In this document: positions 7,841 through 17,205 of the stretch, piece by piece
How the letters are laid out: each line of letters starts with the position of its first letter
Numbering within the stretch: the stretch's first letter is position 1
Assembly (NCBI GenBank): GCA_036555485.1
Contig: DATBLG010000005.1
Location: forward strand, 902-64,901
From: Gemmatimonadales bacterium
GTDB lineage: Bacteria; Gemmatimonadota; Gemmatimonadetes; Gemmatimonadales; GWC2-71-9
Direction of reading: 5' to 3'
DNA: 64,000 nt
Notes under the pieces: generated by a model
Told to the model about the DNA's origin: nothing
Seen by the model: only the letters and a program-made list of their open reading frames with translations
Database searches by the model: none
Position numbers and translations under genes: made by a program

Positions 7841-10056
7841 CGCGCCACCACTTCGAACCCGGCGGCCAAATCGGCGGTCGAGTTGGGGCCCACAAACACC
7901 CGGAACGTCCCCGGCTCCACGGCGAACTTCATCGACAAGCCCCAGACGCCGAGATCCTGGACCGGGACACGAAACTCGACCGCGCGCGCCGCACCGGCTT
8001 CGAGATTGACGCGCCGGAACCCTTTCAGCTCGCGCAAGGGGCGGGTCACGGTCCCCACCTCGTCACGCACATACAGCTGCACCACCTCAGTGCCCGGACG
8101 GGTACCGGTATTGGCGACGGTCACGGTGACCACGAGCGTGTCCGCGGGGCCGAGCCGCGCGGCGCGGAGCTGCAAATCACGGTACGCGAAGCTGGTGTAG
8201 CTGAGACCGTAGCCGAACGGGTACAGGGGTGTGTTCGGGACGTCCAGGTATTTGGAGCTGTAGTGCTGCCCCTCAACCCCTGGTCGCCCGGTGTTCTTGG
8301 CGTTGTAGTAGATCGGGATTTGCCCGACCGTGCGCGGGAAGGTCACCGGCAACCGGCCGCTTGGGTTTACATCGCCGAACAGCACATCGGCAATCGCGTG
8401 GCCGGACTCGACGCCGAGAAACCACGCCTGGAGAATCGCTGGAACATGCTCAGCCGCCCACGACAGGACGAGCGGCCGGCCGCTCATCAGGACCAGCACC
8501 ACGGGCCGGCCGGAGGCCACCACAGCCTGCTGCAGCCGCTCCTGCGCGCCAGGGAGGTCGAGCCGGCTGCGGCTGCCGCCCTCGCCGCTCATCGTATCGG
8601 GTTCTCCCACGACGAGGACGGTCACGTCCGCCCGCCGCGCCAGCGCCACCGCCGCCGCGATGCCGCTGGTGTCGCCGTTCGTCAGTCCGGTCCCCTGAGC
8701 GTGCAGAACCGTCACTCCGGCGCCCGCCCGCTCCCGGATGGCAGCGAGCACCGACACGACGTCACCGGCCTGTCCGCGCGCGTGCCAGGGGCCGAGGGGA
8801 GCGGCCGTGTCGGAGGCGAGCGGTCCGATGACCGCGATCGTCCTGGCACGCGCCCCGAGGGGGAGGAGGCCGCCCTCGTTCTTGAGCAGCACGATCGATT
8901 CCCGCGCCACGCGTCTGGCAAGCTCGCGATCGAGTGGCGGAGCGGTGGTCGCGAGGCCGCGAATGGGATCCTCGAAAAGGCCGAGCCTGAGTTTCGCCCG
9001 CAAGACGCGTCGCACCGCCGAATCCACCTGCGCGACAGGCACCCGCCCCGCTTGCACCAGCGCGGCGAGACTGTCCACGTAGATCCCGCTCACCATGTCC
9101 ATGTCGTTGCCGGCCGCGAGCGCCAGCCGTCCGGCCTCGGCGCGCGAGGCGGCGATCCCGTGCGCCCGCAGCTCATCGATCGAGGTCCAGTCGCTCACCA
9201 CGAAGCCGTCGAATCCCCATTCCTGGCGCAGTACCGTGTCCGTTAGCCAGGGGTTCGCCGCGCTCGGTACGCCGGCGATCTCGTTGAACGCCGTCATGAT
9301 GGAGGCGACATCGGCGTCGACCGCTGCCCTAAAGGGAGGCAGGTAGATCTCGCGGAGCGCGCGCTCGGAGACGTCGACCGTGTTGTAGTCCCGGCCCGCC
9401 TCGGCCGCGCCGTAAGCGGCGAAGTGTTTCGCCGTGGCGAGTATCGTTTCCTGGAAGCCGCGCACCCGGGCGGTCGCCAGCACCGAGCCGAGATACGGAT
9501 CTTCCCCGGCGCCTTCGGCGATCCTGCCCCAGCGCGGGTCCCGCGCGATATCCACCATGGGAGCGAACGTCCAGTTGATTCCCGCTGCCCGCGCTTCCCG
9601 GCCGGCGGCGCGTGCCGTCGCTTCCACGACCTCCGGATTCCATGTGCTCGCTTCAGCGAGTGGAATCGGGAAGATCGTGCGGTAGCCGTGGATGACATCT
9701 AGGCCGAGGAGGAGGGGGATGCGCAGGCGCGACTGCTCCACTGTTCGTTGAACCTCGCGCACCGCTTCGGCGCCTTCGAGGTTCAGAAACCCGCCGACGA
9801 GCCCGCGGCGCACCAGCTCCACCTGCGCCGGCGTCACGCGGCCGAACACCGGGATCAGGTTCAGCTGGCCGAGCTTCTCCTCGAGGGACATGCGCGCGAG
9901 GAGGGAGTCGATGCGGCGCTCGGAAGTTGCCTGCGCGGCGACCGGCGCGGGAAATTGCAGGCCGCCGAGGACCGCGAGAACGAGGAGCGGGGCGCGCAAA
10001 GCGCTGACCATAGTGGCTGAAGATACACCTCCGGCGGACACTTCACGACCGCTCAT
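7837..10056 (-). CDS. bglX: Glycoside hydrolase family 3 beta-glucosidase (BglX-like, exported)
   Basis: ORF 7837..10065. It has GH3 motifs (KLGQL, GFVVSDW) and a C-terminal fibronectin-like domain. I chose the ATG at 10056 because it forms an ATGA overlap with the upstream stop at 10053-10055. An ATG at 10011 is an alternative start. Confidence 0.85.
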   Translation of the reverse strand: MSGREVSAGGVSSATMVSALRAPLLVLAVLGGLQFPAPVAAQATSERRIDSLLARMSLEEKLGQLNLIPVFGRVTPAQVELVRRGLVGGFLNLEGAEAVREVQRTVEQSRLRIPLLLGLDVIHGYRTIFPIPLAEASTWNPEVVEATARAAGREARAAGINWTFAPMVDIARDPRWGRIAEGAGEDPYLGSVLATARVRGFQETILATAKHFAAYGAAEAGRDYNTVDVSERALREIYLPPFRAAVDADVASIMTAFNEIAGVPSAANPWLTDTVLRQEWGFDGFVVSDWTSIDELRAHGIAASRAEAGRLALAAGNDMDMVSGIYVDSLAALVQAGRVPVAQVDSAVRRVLRAKLRLGLFEDPIRGLATTAPPLDRELARRVARESIVLLKNEGGLLPLGARARTIAVIGPLASDTAAPLGPWHARGQAGDVVSVLAAIRERAGAGVTVLHAQGTGLTNGDTSGIAAAVALARRADVTVLVVGEPDTMSGEGGSRSRLDLPGAQERLQQAVVASGRPVVLVLMSGRPLVLSWAAEHVPAILQAWFLGVESGHAIADVLFGDVNPSGRLPVTFPRTVGQIPIYYNAKNTGRPGVEGQHYSSKYLDVPNTPLYPFGYGLSYTSFAYRDLQLRAARLGPADTLVVTVTVANTGTRPGTEVVQLYVRDEVGTVTRPLRELKGFRRVNLEAGAARAVEFRVPVQDLGVWGLSMKFAVEPGTFRVFVGPNSTADLAAGFEVVAR

Positions 10057-13000
10057 GGACGCCACGTGCGCGTGTGGTATTGTGCGACGTAGCGGCGATG
10101 CGCCGGGTCGTCAGGGTACCGTTCGTCGGGGCCGTAGGGGTAGCGCGTCATCGCGTGGAACGGCAGCGGCTCCACGGTCTGCCCCGTCGCGGTATGCAGA
10201 TCGGCGTCCTTCATCCAGGCCACGTTGAAGAAGAGAAAGTCCCGCTTCCAGCCGGCCGGCAACGGCGGCGCGCCCGTCTCCGGAAACTCGAGCGTCAGCT
10301 CATCGCCCGAGGCGATGATCACCGTCTGGTCGTCCGCCTCGCTCAGCAGCGGGAGCACGTCGCCGTACCGGGTGAAGCGGCCCCCGACCCGCAGCCAGGG
10401 CGACTCCCGCGACACCTGCGAATAGTCGAACCACTGCGGCCCATAGCGGCCGCCCTTGCGGAACACCCGCGACCAGCCGCGGGCATGCAGATCGGCCGCG
10501 ACCGGCAGGAGGCGCGTGACCGTGAGCTGCGCGTCATTGCGGCCCACCGCAACAAAGGCGTGATCCCAGTAGATCTCCATGTTGGTGCGAATGCGGACGC
10601 GGGTGTCACTCGACAGGAACGCGCCCGTGAGGTCCACGATCATCGTCTTGTCTTTGCCGGCGGGAAACGTCAGCTCGCGGACCGTGCGCCATTGCCCTGC
10701 CGCGTCGCGCACCTGGACGACGGGGCGCATGATCGGGACGGCGGCCGACTGCGCCACCGCCGCGTTAATGCTGGCGTCCGTCGGGAACAGCCAGCCTTGC
10801 AGGAACAAGCGGATCTCGCCGGTTCGAGGCAATGGTCCAAAATCGAGCACGAGATCGTGCAACTGAGTGATTCCCTGATACGGCCCGGGAGCGAACCCGC
10901 CGACGTACGCATCGTCCTTCGCGCGCAGCAGCGGCAGGAGATCGCGGCCCCGTTCATCCGTGGCGGAGCGCGGAAGGTGCTTCTCGCGCACCTGATGAAT
11001 CGCCAGTTGCCCCGACGCCGGCGTGCCGGGTGGCACGAAGCTCTCGTCCACAAACACGTCCACCGACTCGGGATGGTCCACCGCGAGAAGCGCGAGCTGA
11101 TCCACGTAGGCGACTTCCCATAGCTCCTCGGTGAGCTGCATCCGATACCGGCCGGCCACGGGCTTCAGGGCCTCGCCGGGAATGCGGAAGTACTCGCGTG
11201 CCGCCTGGGGCGGTCCGTACACCGTCTGCTCGCCGGCCATGATGCCGAGCGGCATACCCAGAGCACTGGCCCACGTGACGTCAGTGAGAAAGCGGTACGC
11301 CTCGCCGTCCCACGTGTAGAGGAACGTGCACGACCCCTTGAGGACCTGATGCTCCAACACGCGGTCCGAGCCCGCCGCGGCGCCCCCGGGATAGTAGTAG
11401 CTCTGCGGCACGCCGTTGGTCCACACCACGCGCAGCACGTCGGCCTTGAGGCGGTTGCCCAATCCGAAATGGATGACCGGCTGGTCGACCACCCGCATCT
11501 GATACAGATCCTTGGCCCGCAGCTCGAGCCGTGAGCCGATGCCGAAGTGGTTGTTCTTCCCGCTCCCATCGCGCAGCGCGACCAGCCCGACGGTGACGAA
11601 CTCGTTGGCGTTGCCGCCGTCATTGCGCACCAGGCGCACGCCCCCATCGATCCTCACCACGAGCAGATCGAGATCGCCGTCGGCATCGAGGTCGAAGGGC
11701 AGCGCCTGCCGGCCTCCACTCCGTGCCAGGTCGAGGGGCAGGAGGTCGCTGCGGTCGGTGAACCGGCCCCGTTCATCGTTGTGCAACAGCACCAGCCCCT
11801 CGCGCCCCGCGGCCACCAGGTCGAGCCAGCCGTCGTTGTCGAAGTCGAAGAAGGCCGCGTCCAGGGCCTCGAGTCCAGCCCGTGGAGCGCGGGTGAAACG
11901 ACCAGCGCCATCGTTACGATAGAACGCACCCGCGAACAGATCGAGAAAGCCGTCGTTGTCGTAGTCGCCCACCGCGATCGCCTGCGCGGCCGGGAGCGTG
12001 CCGATCGCCTCGAACCGCCCCTCCTCTCGGCCCGCGTACAACGCCACGCCGCCCTCTCGCGCCACGAGGAGGTCGGTTCGCGCGTCTCCATCAAGATCCC
12101 CGAACGCCGCGTCGGTTGTTCGTGTAGACTGTGGCGAGGGACTCAGCCCGATGGCGCCTGCCTGCTCGAGGAACGTGCCGTCGCCGTTGTTGCGGTAGAA
12201 TCGGTCGCCGCCTGACGCGCCGACGAAGAGATCCAGGTCGCCGTCGTGATCGAGGTCGGCAAAGAACGCCGTCGTCGCGTCGGTGACGTCGACGCCGGCA
12301 GCTGCGCGCGTGAAGGTGCCGTCGCCCGTGTTGTGGAACAGCGCATTTGCCGCGTAGACGTCGAGGTGGCCGTCATTGTCGTAATCGCCGATGGCGATCG
12401 GCCCAGCGTGCTCGACCGAGACGCGCTGACCATTCACGATTTCAGTGAATCGGCCCGTGATGATCAGCTGCGAGTCGGCCATCCTCGAGGCCGTGACCTC
12501 GGTGAATCGCATGGCGTTCACCACGGCCTGCGGGTCTCCCTGCTGGAGCGCCAGCCGCGTGCTGAGCGTCAACACCGGGTATCCCGGCGGTGCGCCCGAC
12601 GGCCCCCGCAGCTCCGCCATTCCCGCTTGATAGACCGCCGTCGTTTCCAGAAACCCCTGTGCGCGAGCCAATGCCGCGCGCGCCTCAACCGGGCGATTGG
12701 CCTGGAGGTTCGTGACGGTCGCCGTGTAGAACCGCTCCGCTTGGCGCGGCAGCTCCGGCAGCCGCTGCTGGAGCTGTTCGAGCTGGTCGCGCGCCTCGAC
12801 GGTGGCGCCGGCATCGAGCAACGCGGCTGCGAGGGCGAGCCGCGCCGGCACGTTGGCCGGCGCGGCCTCGACCAGCCGGGCGAGGTACTCCCGCCGTCGT
12901 GGGCTGCTGTCGGCCTCCGCGAGCGCGAACAGTGTCTTCACGTGTGTCGGAGTGGTTGTGAGGGCCGTCTCGAGCGCGCGCTGCGCATCACTCGCTCTAT

Positions 13001-13355
13001 CGGTCAATCGCAACACGGTCGCCTGCAGGAGGCGAATGTCGGGATCCTCAGGGGCCAGGGCGACCGCGCGATCGATGGCACGCGCGGCATCCTGGTAGCG
13101 GCCGAGCCTGAGATAGACCACACCCAGGTTCGCATGCCCGGACGGTTCATCAGGCGCCAGTCGGATCAACGTGGCAAACTCGGCTTCCGCGTCGGCGAAC
13201 CGGTTCTCTTCCAGGTAGGCGAGCCCCAGCGTGCGAGCCGTGAGGATCGTCCCCGCATCGGCGGCGCTGCGGTCTCGCCCTTTGCAACCAAGCGCGAGTG
13301 ACGCTATCGACGCCAGCGCAGCGGTTCCGATCGCACGAATCCAGGGTCGGAGCAT
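10053..13355 (-). CDS. TPR plus FG-GAP/VCBS plus ASPIC/UnbV (CRTAC1-family) lipoprotein with a long C-terminal extension
   Basis: ORF 10053..13463. The ATG at 13355 gives MLRPWIRAIGTAALASIASLALGC (lipobox). N-terminal TPR repeats are followed by FG-GAP repeats (GDYDNDGHLD and similar), an UnbV-like segment (FGIGSRLELRA...VVWTNG) and about 470 further aa. Confidence 0.8.
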   Translation of the reverse strand: MLRPWIRAIGTAALASIASLALGCKGRDRSAADAGTILTARTLGLAYLEENRFADAEAEFATLIRLAPDEPSGHANLGVVYLRLGRYQDAARAIDRAVALAPEDPDIRLLQATVLRLTDRASDAQRALETALTTTPTHVKTLFALAEADSSPRRREYLARLVEAAPANVPARLALAAALLDAGATVEARDQLEQLQQRLPELPRQAERFYTATVTNLQANRPVEARAALARAQGFLETTAVYQAGMAELRGPSGAPPGYPVLTLSTRLALQQGDPQAVVNAMRFTEVTASRMADSQLIITGRFTEIVNGQRVSVEHAGPIAIGDYDNDGHLDVYAANALFHNTGDGTFTRAAAGVDVTDATTAFFADLDHDGDLDLFVGASGGDRFYRNNGDGTFLEQAGAIGLSPSPQSTRTTDAAFGDLDGDARTDLLVAREGGVALYAGREEGRFEAIGTLPAAQAIAVGDYDNDGFLDLFAGAFYRNDGAGRFTRAPRAGLEALDAAFFDFDNDGWLDLVAAGREGLVLLHNDERGRFTDRSDLLPLDLARSGGRQALPFDLDADGDLDLLVVRIDGGVRLVRNDGGNANEFVTVGLVALRDGSGKNNHFGIGSRLELRAKDLYQMRVVDQPVIHFGLGNRLKADVLRVVWTNGVPQSYYYPGGAAAGSDRVLEHQVLKGSCTFLYTWDGEAYRFLTDVTWASALGMPLGIMAGEQTVYGPPQAAREYFRIPGEALKPVAGRYRMQLTEELWEVAYVDQLALLAVDHPESVDVFVDESFVPPGTPASGQLAIHQVREKHLPRSATDERGRDLLPLLRAKDDAYVGGFAPGPYQGITQLHDLVLDFGPLPRTGEIRLFLQGWLFPTDASINAAVAQSAAVPIMRPVVQVRDAAGQWRTVRELTFPAGKDKTMIVDLTGAFLSSDTRVRIRTNMEIYWDHAFVAVGRNDAQLTVTRLLPVAADLHARGWSRVFRKGGRYGPQWFDYSQVSRESPWLRVGGRFTRYGDVLPLLSEADDQTVIIASGDELTLEFPETGAPPLPAGWKRDFLFFNVAWMKDADLHTATGQTVEPLPFHAMTRYPYGPDERYPDDPAHRRYVAQYHTRTWRP

Positions 13356-13390
13356 GGGCAAAGAAGCTAACTCGGGATAACGTTCACCGG

Positions 13391-15154
13391 ATGCCCCAAG
13401 TCTCGTGGCGCCGTTTCTTCGTGACGGCGGCTTTCGCCGCCGCGGTCGCTGGTGTCGTGGCACTCAATCGCCGTGCCGTCGGAAGCGTCGGCGACGCGCG
13501 CGAGGGAATCCGGTTGAGCGAGGTGGCTCACCAGAGCGGGATCGACTTCGTCCACCAGGCCCCCACGCTGGACCCGATGCTCGCACACATCGCTCCCCAT
13601 GTCGCCGCGCTCGGTGCCTGCGTATCGGTCACCGACGTGAACAACGACAACTGGCCGGACCTCTACTTCACCACCTCCCGCTTTGGTGCCGCGAATGCCC
13701 TGTACCTGAACCAGCGGGACGGCACATTCCGCGACGTGTCCGCCGAAGCCGGTGTGGCAGAGCTCAACCAGGCGGGCGAAGGGGTGTCGATGGGCGCGGT
13801 ATGGGGCGATTACGACAACGACGGTTTCGAAGACCTCCTCGTCACCAAGTGGGGCTATCCGCAGCTGCTGCGCAACCTGGGCAACGGCCGGTTCGAGGAT
13901 GTCACGGAGCGATCGGGCCTGCGCCGCTGGATGAACTCGAACGGTGCCGTATGGCTCGACTTCGACCGGGACGGGCTGCTCGATCTCTATCTCACCGGCT
14001 ATTTCCGCTCCGACATCGATTTCTGGAACCTGCGCACGACGCGCATCATGCAACACAGCTGGGAATTCGCCTCGAACGGCGGGAAAAATCTCCTGTTCAA
14101 GAATATCGGGGACGGCCGCTTCGAGGACGTGACCGACACGATGGGCGTGGGCAGCACGCGATGGACTCTGGCGGCCGCCGCGGCGGACTTCAATGACGAC
14201 GGCTGGCCGGACCTGTACCTGGCCAACGACTATGGCCCCGAGGAGCTGTTTCTGAATCGCGGGGGGCGACGCTTCGAGCTGGCCCGCGCGGGCCTCGAGG
14301 ACGATTCCAAGAGCGGGATGGCGGTGGCCCTGGGCGATGTCTACAACCGCGGGCGCCTCGATGTGTTCGTGACGAACATTTCGGTGCGCGGTTTTCTATT
14401 CCAGGGGAACAACCTGCGCATCAACTTCATGCGGGAGCTGGGCCGATTCGACGAGATCGCTTCCGGCGTCGTGGCGGACGCGGGGTGGGCGTGGGGCGCA
14501 CAGTTCGGCGACCTGAATAACGACGGGCTGCTCGATCTGGTGGTGGCCAACGGCTTCATTTCCGCGGATAGCGGGCGCGACTACTGGTACGCCATGTCGA
14601 AGATCGCCGGCGCGCAGGGCAATATTTTCGAGGACGCGAAGAACTGGCCGCCCATCGGGACCGCCAGTCTCTCCGGGTACGAGCGCTCCCGCGTGCTCCT
14701 GAACCGCGGCCGTGAAGGGTTCGTGGATGTGGCCCAGGAAGCCGGCGTCGCGGATCTCCTGGACGGACGTTCGGTGGCACTGGCCGATCTGTTCAATCGC
14801 GGGACGCTGGACGTGGTAATCGCGAACGAGAAGGGTAAGGCGCTGGTGTACCGCAGCACCGCTTATCCAGGTCACTGGATCGCCTTGAAGTTGATAGGGA
14901 CCCGGAGCAACCGCAGCGCGATCGGCGCCGAAGTGACGGTGGAGTTCGGTGCGGTGCGCCAGCGCCAGGTGGTGGCTGGCGGTATGGGGTTTTGCAGCCA
15001 GAACGATCGCCGATTGCACTTTGGCCTGGGTGATCAGCGACTGGGCCGGGTGACGATCCGGTGGCCGACCGGCACGGAGCAAGTGTTGAACGGCCTGGCG
15101 CCGGATCGGCTGCACGTGATCACCGAGCCCTCCCCCGGGGCACAGCAACGGTGA
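13391..15154 (+). CDS. CRTAC1-family protein (FG-GAP/VCBS repeats plus ASPIC/UnbV domain), membrane-anchored or exported
   Basis: ORF 13298..15154. The ATG at 13391 gives MPQVSWRRFFVTAAFAAAVAGVVAL. It has FG-GAP repeats and a C-terminal UnbV-like segment (SAIGAEVTVEF...FGLGDQRLGRVTIRWPTG). Confidence 0.8.
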   Translation: MPQVSWRRFFVTAAFAAAVAGVVALNRRAVGSVGDAREGIRLSEVAHQSGIDFVHQAPTLDPMLAHIAPHVAALGACVSVTDVNNDNWPDLYFTTSRFGAANALYLNQRDGTFRDVSAEAGVAELNQAGEGVSMGAVWGDYDNDGFEDLLVTKWGYPQLLRNLGNGRFEDVTERSGLRRWMNSNGAVWLDFDRDGLLDLYLTGYFRSDIDFWNLRTTRIMQHSWEFASNGGKNLLFKNIGDGRFEDVTDTMGVGSTRWTLAAAAADFNDDGWPDLYLANDYGPEELFLNRGGRRFELARAGLEDDSKSGMAVALGDVYNRGRLDVFVTNISVRGFLFQGNNLRINFMRELGRFDEIASGVVADAGWAWGAQFGDLNNDGLLDLVVANGFISADSGRDYWYAMSKIAGAQGNIFEDAKNWPPIGTASLSGYERSRVLLNRGREGFVDVAQEAGVADLLDGRSVALADLFNRGTLDVVIANEKGKALVYRSTAYPGHWIALKLIGTRSNRSAIGAEVTVEFGAVRQRQVVAGGMGFCSQNDRRLHFGLGDQRLGRVTIRWPTGTEQVLNGLAPDRLHVITEPSPGAQQR

Positions 15155-15999
15155 CCGCGGTTCAAGCGCCGGTCGGTACCCGCTGGTGGGCCGATCCGAA
15201 GTACCTCATCGTCTTGCTCATCACACTAGTGCTGGTGGCGGGCGAGGCTCGCTACAGCATTCTGGGTGGCTACGACCGGCTGGCGACGACGCTCGGCACC
15301 TGCATCGCCACCGAAGTGCTGTTGTCACGGCTGCTGCGCGGCCGCGTCGCGAATATCTCGAGTGCCTACATCACGGGGATCAGCCTGGCGCTCTTGATCA
15401 AGCCCCAGGCAAACATCCTGTGGCCGTTCGCCCTGGGCGGCTTCCTGGCGATCGGCTCGAAATACGTGCTCACCTACCGCGGTCGCCATCTCTGGAACCC
15501 GAGCAATTTCGCCATCGCCCTGTTCGTACTGGTGGCGGCCGACAGCGTCGCGATCCTCAGCCACCAGTGGGGCAACGATCTCCGCATCAACCTGGTGATC
15601 TGGGCATTCGGCCTGGCGGTGGCGTCGCGAGCCCGCGTACTGCACGTGACGCTGACATATGTGGTCTGCTTCGTAGTGCTCGCGGTCGCGCGTAATGTGA
15701 TCGTCGCGGGCCCGCTGCTCGCCGAGCTGGCGCCGATCACGGGTCCGATGTACCAGTTGTTCGTGTTCTTCATGGTCACCGATCCACGCACCACGGTGGG
15801 AACGCGTCGCGGCAGAATGGTCGTGGTCGCGATCGTGGCGGTGGTCGAGACCGTGATCCGTCTGGCGGGCGACTTCCAGGTGTCACTTTTGCGGCCGCTC
15901 TACCCCTCACCGCCGCTGCTCGCGCTGGCGATCGTGGGGCCGATCGCGATGTGGTGGGATCTGCACCGCCAGACAAGGAAGCAATCCGTTCGAGCGTAG
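15151..15999 (+). CDS. Polytopic integral membrane protein, unknown function
   Basis: A GTG at 15151 forms a GTGA overlap with the upstream stop. The 282-aa product has about 8 hydrophobic helices and a HLWNPSNF motif. Any resemblance to RnfD/NqrB-type proteins is my impression only. Confidence 0.65.
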   Translation: MTAVQAPVGTRWWADPKYLIVLLITLVLVAGEARYSILGGYDRLATTLGTCIATEVLLSRLLRGRVANISSAYITGISLALLIKPQANILWPFALGGFLAIGSKYVLTYRGRHLWNPSNFAIALFVLVAADSVAILSHQWGNDLRINLVIWAFGLAVASRARVLHVTLTYVVCFVVLAVARNVIVAGPLLAELAPITGPMYQLFVFFMVTDPRTTVGTRRGRMVVVAIVAVVETVIRLAGDFQVSLLRPLYPSPPLLALAIVGPIAMWWDLHRQTRKQSVRA

Positions 16000-16035
16000 G
16001 TTGACGTACTGACCGGGACTTCAAGGAGCACACCT

Positions 16036-17205
16036 GTGGCCAGCACCGTCGCCCCCACTCCCGCGGGGTCGGCCTTCACGAGCGCCGGCGCCATTCCCTG
16101 GCACCTGACCGCCGTTCTGTTCGCCGCTACCAGCGTCGTGGTCGGCGTCATCTGGGACATCTCGTGGCACCGTTCGATCGGACGGGACACGTTCTGGACC
16201 CCGGCCCATATGGCGATCTACCTGGGCGGTGTCGTGGCGGGGTTGGCGTGCGGCTGGTTGGTGCTGCGCACGACGTTCGCCGGATCGCCCGGGGAGAAGG
16301 CGGCGACCGTCCGGTTTTGGGGGTTCCGCGGGCCCCTCGGCGCCTGGGTGTGCATCTGGGGCGCGATCGCGATGATCACGTCCGCTCCGTTCGACAACTG
16401 GTGGCACAACGCCTACGGGCTCGACGTGAAGGTGCTGTCGCCGCCGCATGTCCTGCTCGCCCTCGGGTTCACGGGGATCCAGGTCGGTGCGTTGCTGCTG
16501 CTGGCGGCACGGCAGAACACCGTGACCGCCCACGATCCACACGCCCGGGCCTACCGCGTGATGTTTGCCTGCGCCGCGGGGCTGCTCGTCTCTACCATCG
16601 CGATCATGGGGTTCGAGTACATCGGCTTCCCAAACGAAGCTCACAACGGTCTCTATTACAAGATCTGCGGGGCGGCCTTCCCGATCTTGCTTTTGGCCGC
16701 CGCGCGCACGTCGACGCTACGCTGGCCCGCCACCACGACCGCCGCGACCTATGTCGCCGTGAACGTCCTGATGATTTGGACCCTGCAGCTGTTCCCGGCG
16801 ACGCCAAAACTCGCGCCGATCTACAATGCGCTGGACCACTTCGTCCCACCGCCGTTTCCGATCCTGCTCGTCGTCCCGGCGCTCGCGATCGACCTGGTGG
16901 TCCGTCGCGGGCCGGCAAGCGACTGGGGCCGCGCGGCACTCGCCGGGATCGGCTTTATCCTCGTGCTGCTCCTCGTGCAGTGGTTTGTGGCAGTGTTTCT
17001 CGTCAGTCCCAGTTCAGAGAATTTCTTGTTCGGCGCCCAGCGCTGGAACTACAACAGTCGACTGGGCCCCTGGCGCTACGAGTTCTGGAGGCTCCGAACC
17101 GATCCGTTGACGGCCGCCGACGTCGTCACGGCCGCAGGCCTGGCGGTCGCCTCCGCGCGGCTGGGTCTGTGGTGGGGCGCCTGGATGGCGCGCGTGAAAC
17201 GATGA
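16036..17205 (+). CDS. Polytopic integral membrane protein, unknown function
   Basis: 389-aa ORF with a GTG start and more than 10 predicted helices (WDISWHRSIGRDTFWTPAHMAIYLGG...). It has the same codon style as its neighbours. Confidence 0.7.
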   Translation: MASTVAPTPAGSAFTSAGAIPWHLTAVLFAATSVVVGVIWDISWHRSIGRDTFWTPAHMAIYLGGVVAGLACGWLVLRTTFAGSPGEKAATVRFWGFRGPLGAWVCIWGAIAMITSAPFDNWWHNAYGLDVKVLSPPHVLLALGFTGIQVGALLLLAARQNTVTAHDPHARAYRVMFACAAGLLVSTIAIMGFEYIGFPNEAHNGLYYKICGAAFPILLLAAARTSTLRWPATTTAATYVAVNVLMIWTLQLFPATPKLAPIYNALDHFVPPPFPILLVVPALAIDLVVRRGPASDWGRAALAGIGFILVLLLVQWFVAVFLVSPSSENFLFGAQRWNYNSRLGPWRYEFWRLRTDPLTAADVVTAAGLAVASARLGLWWGAWMARVKR

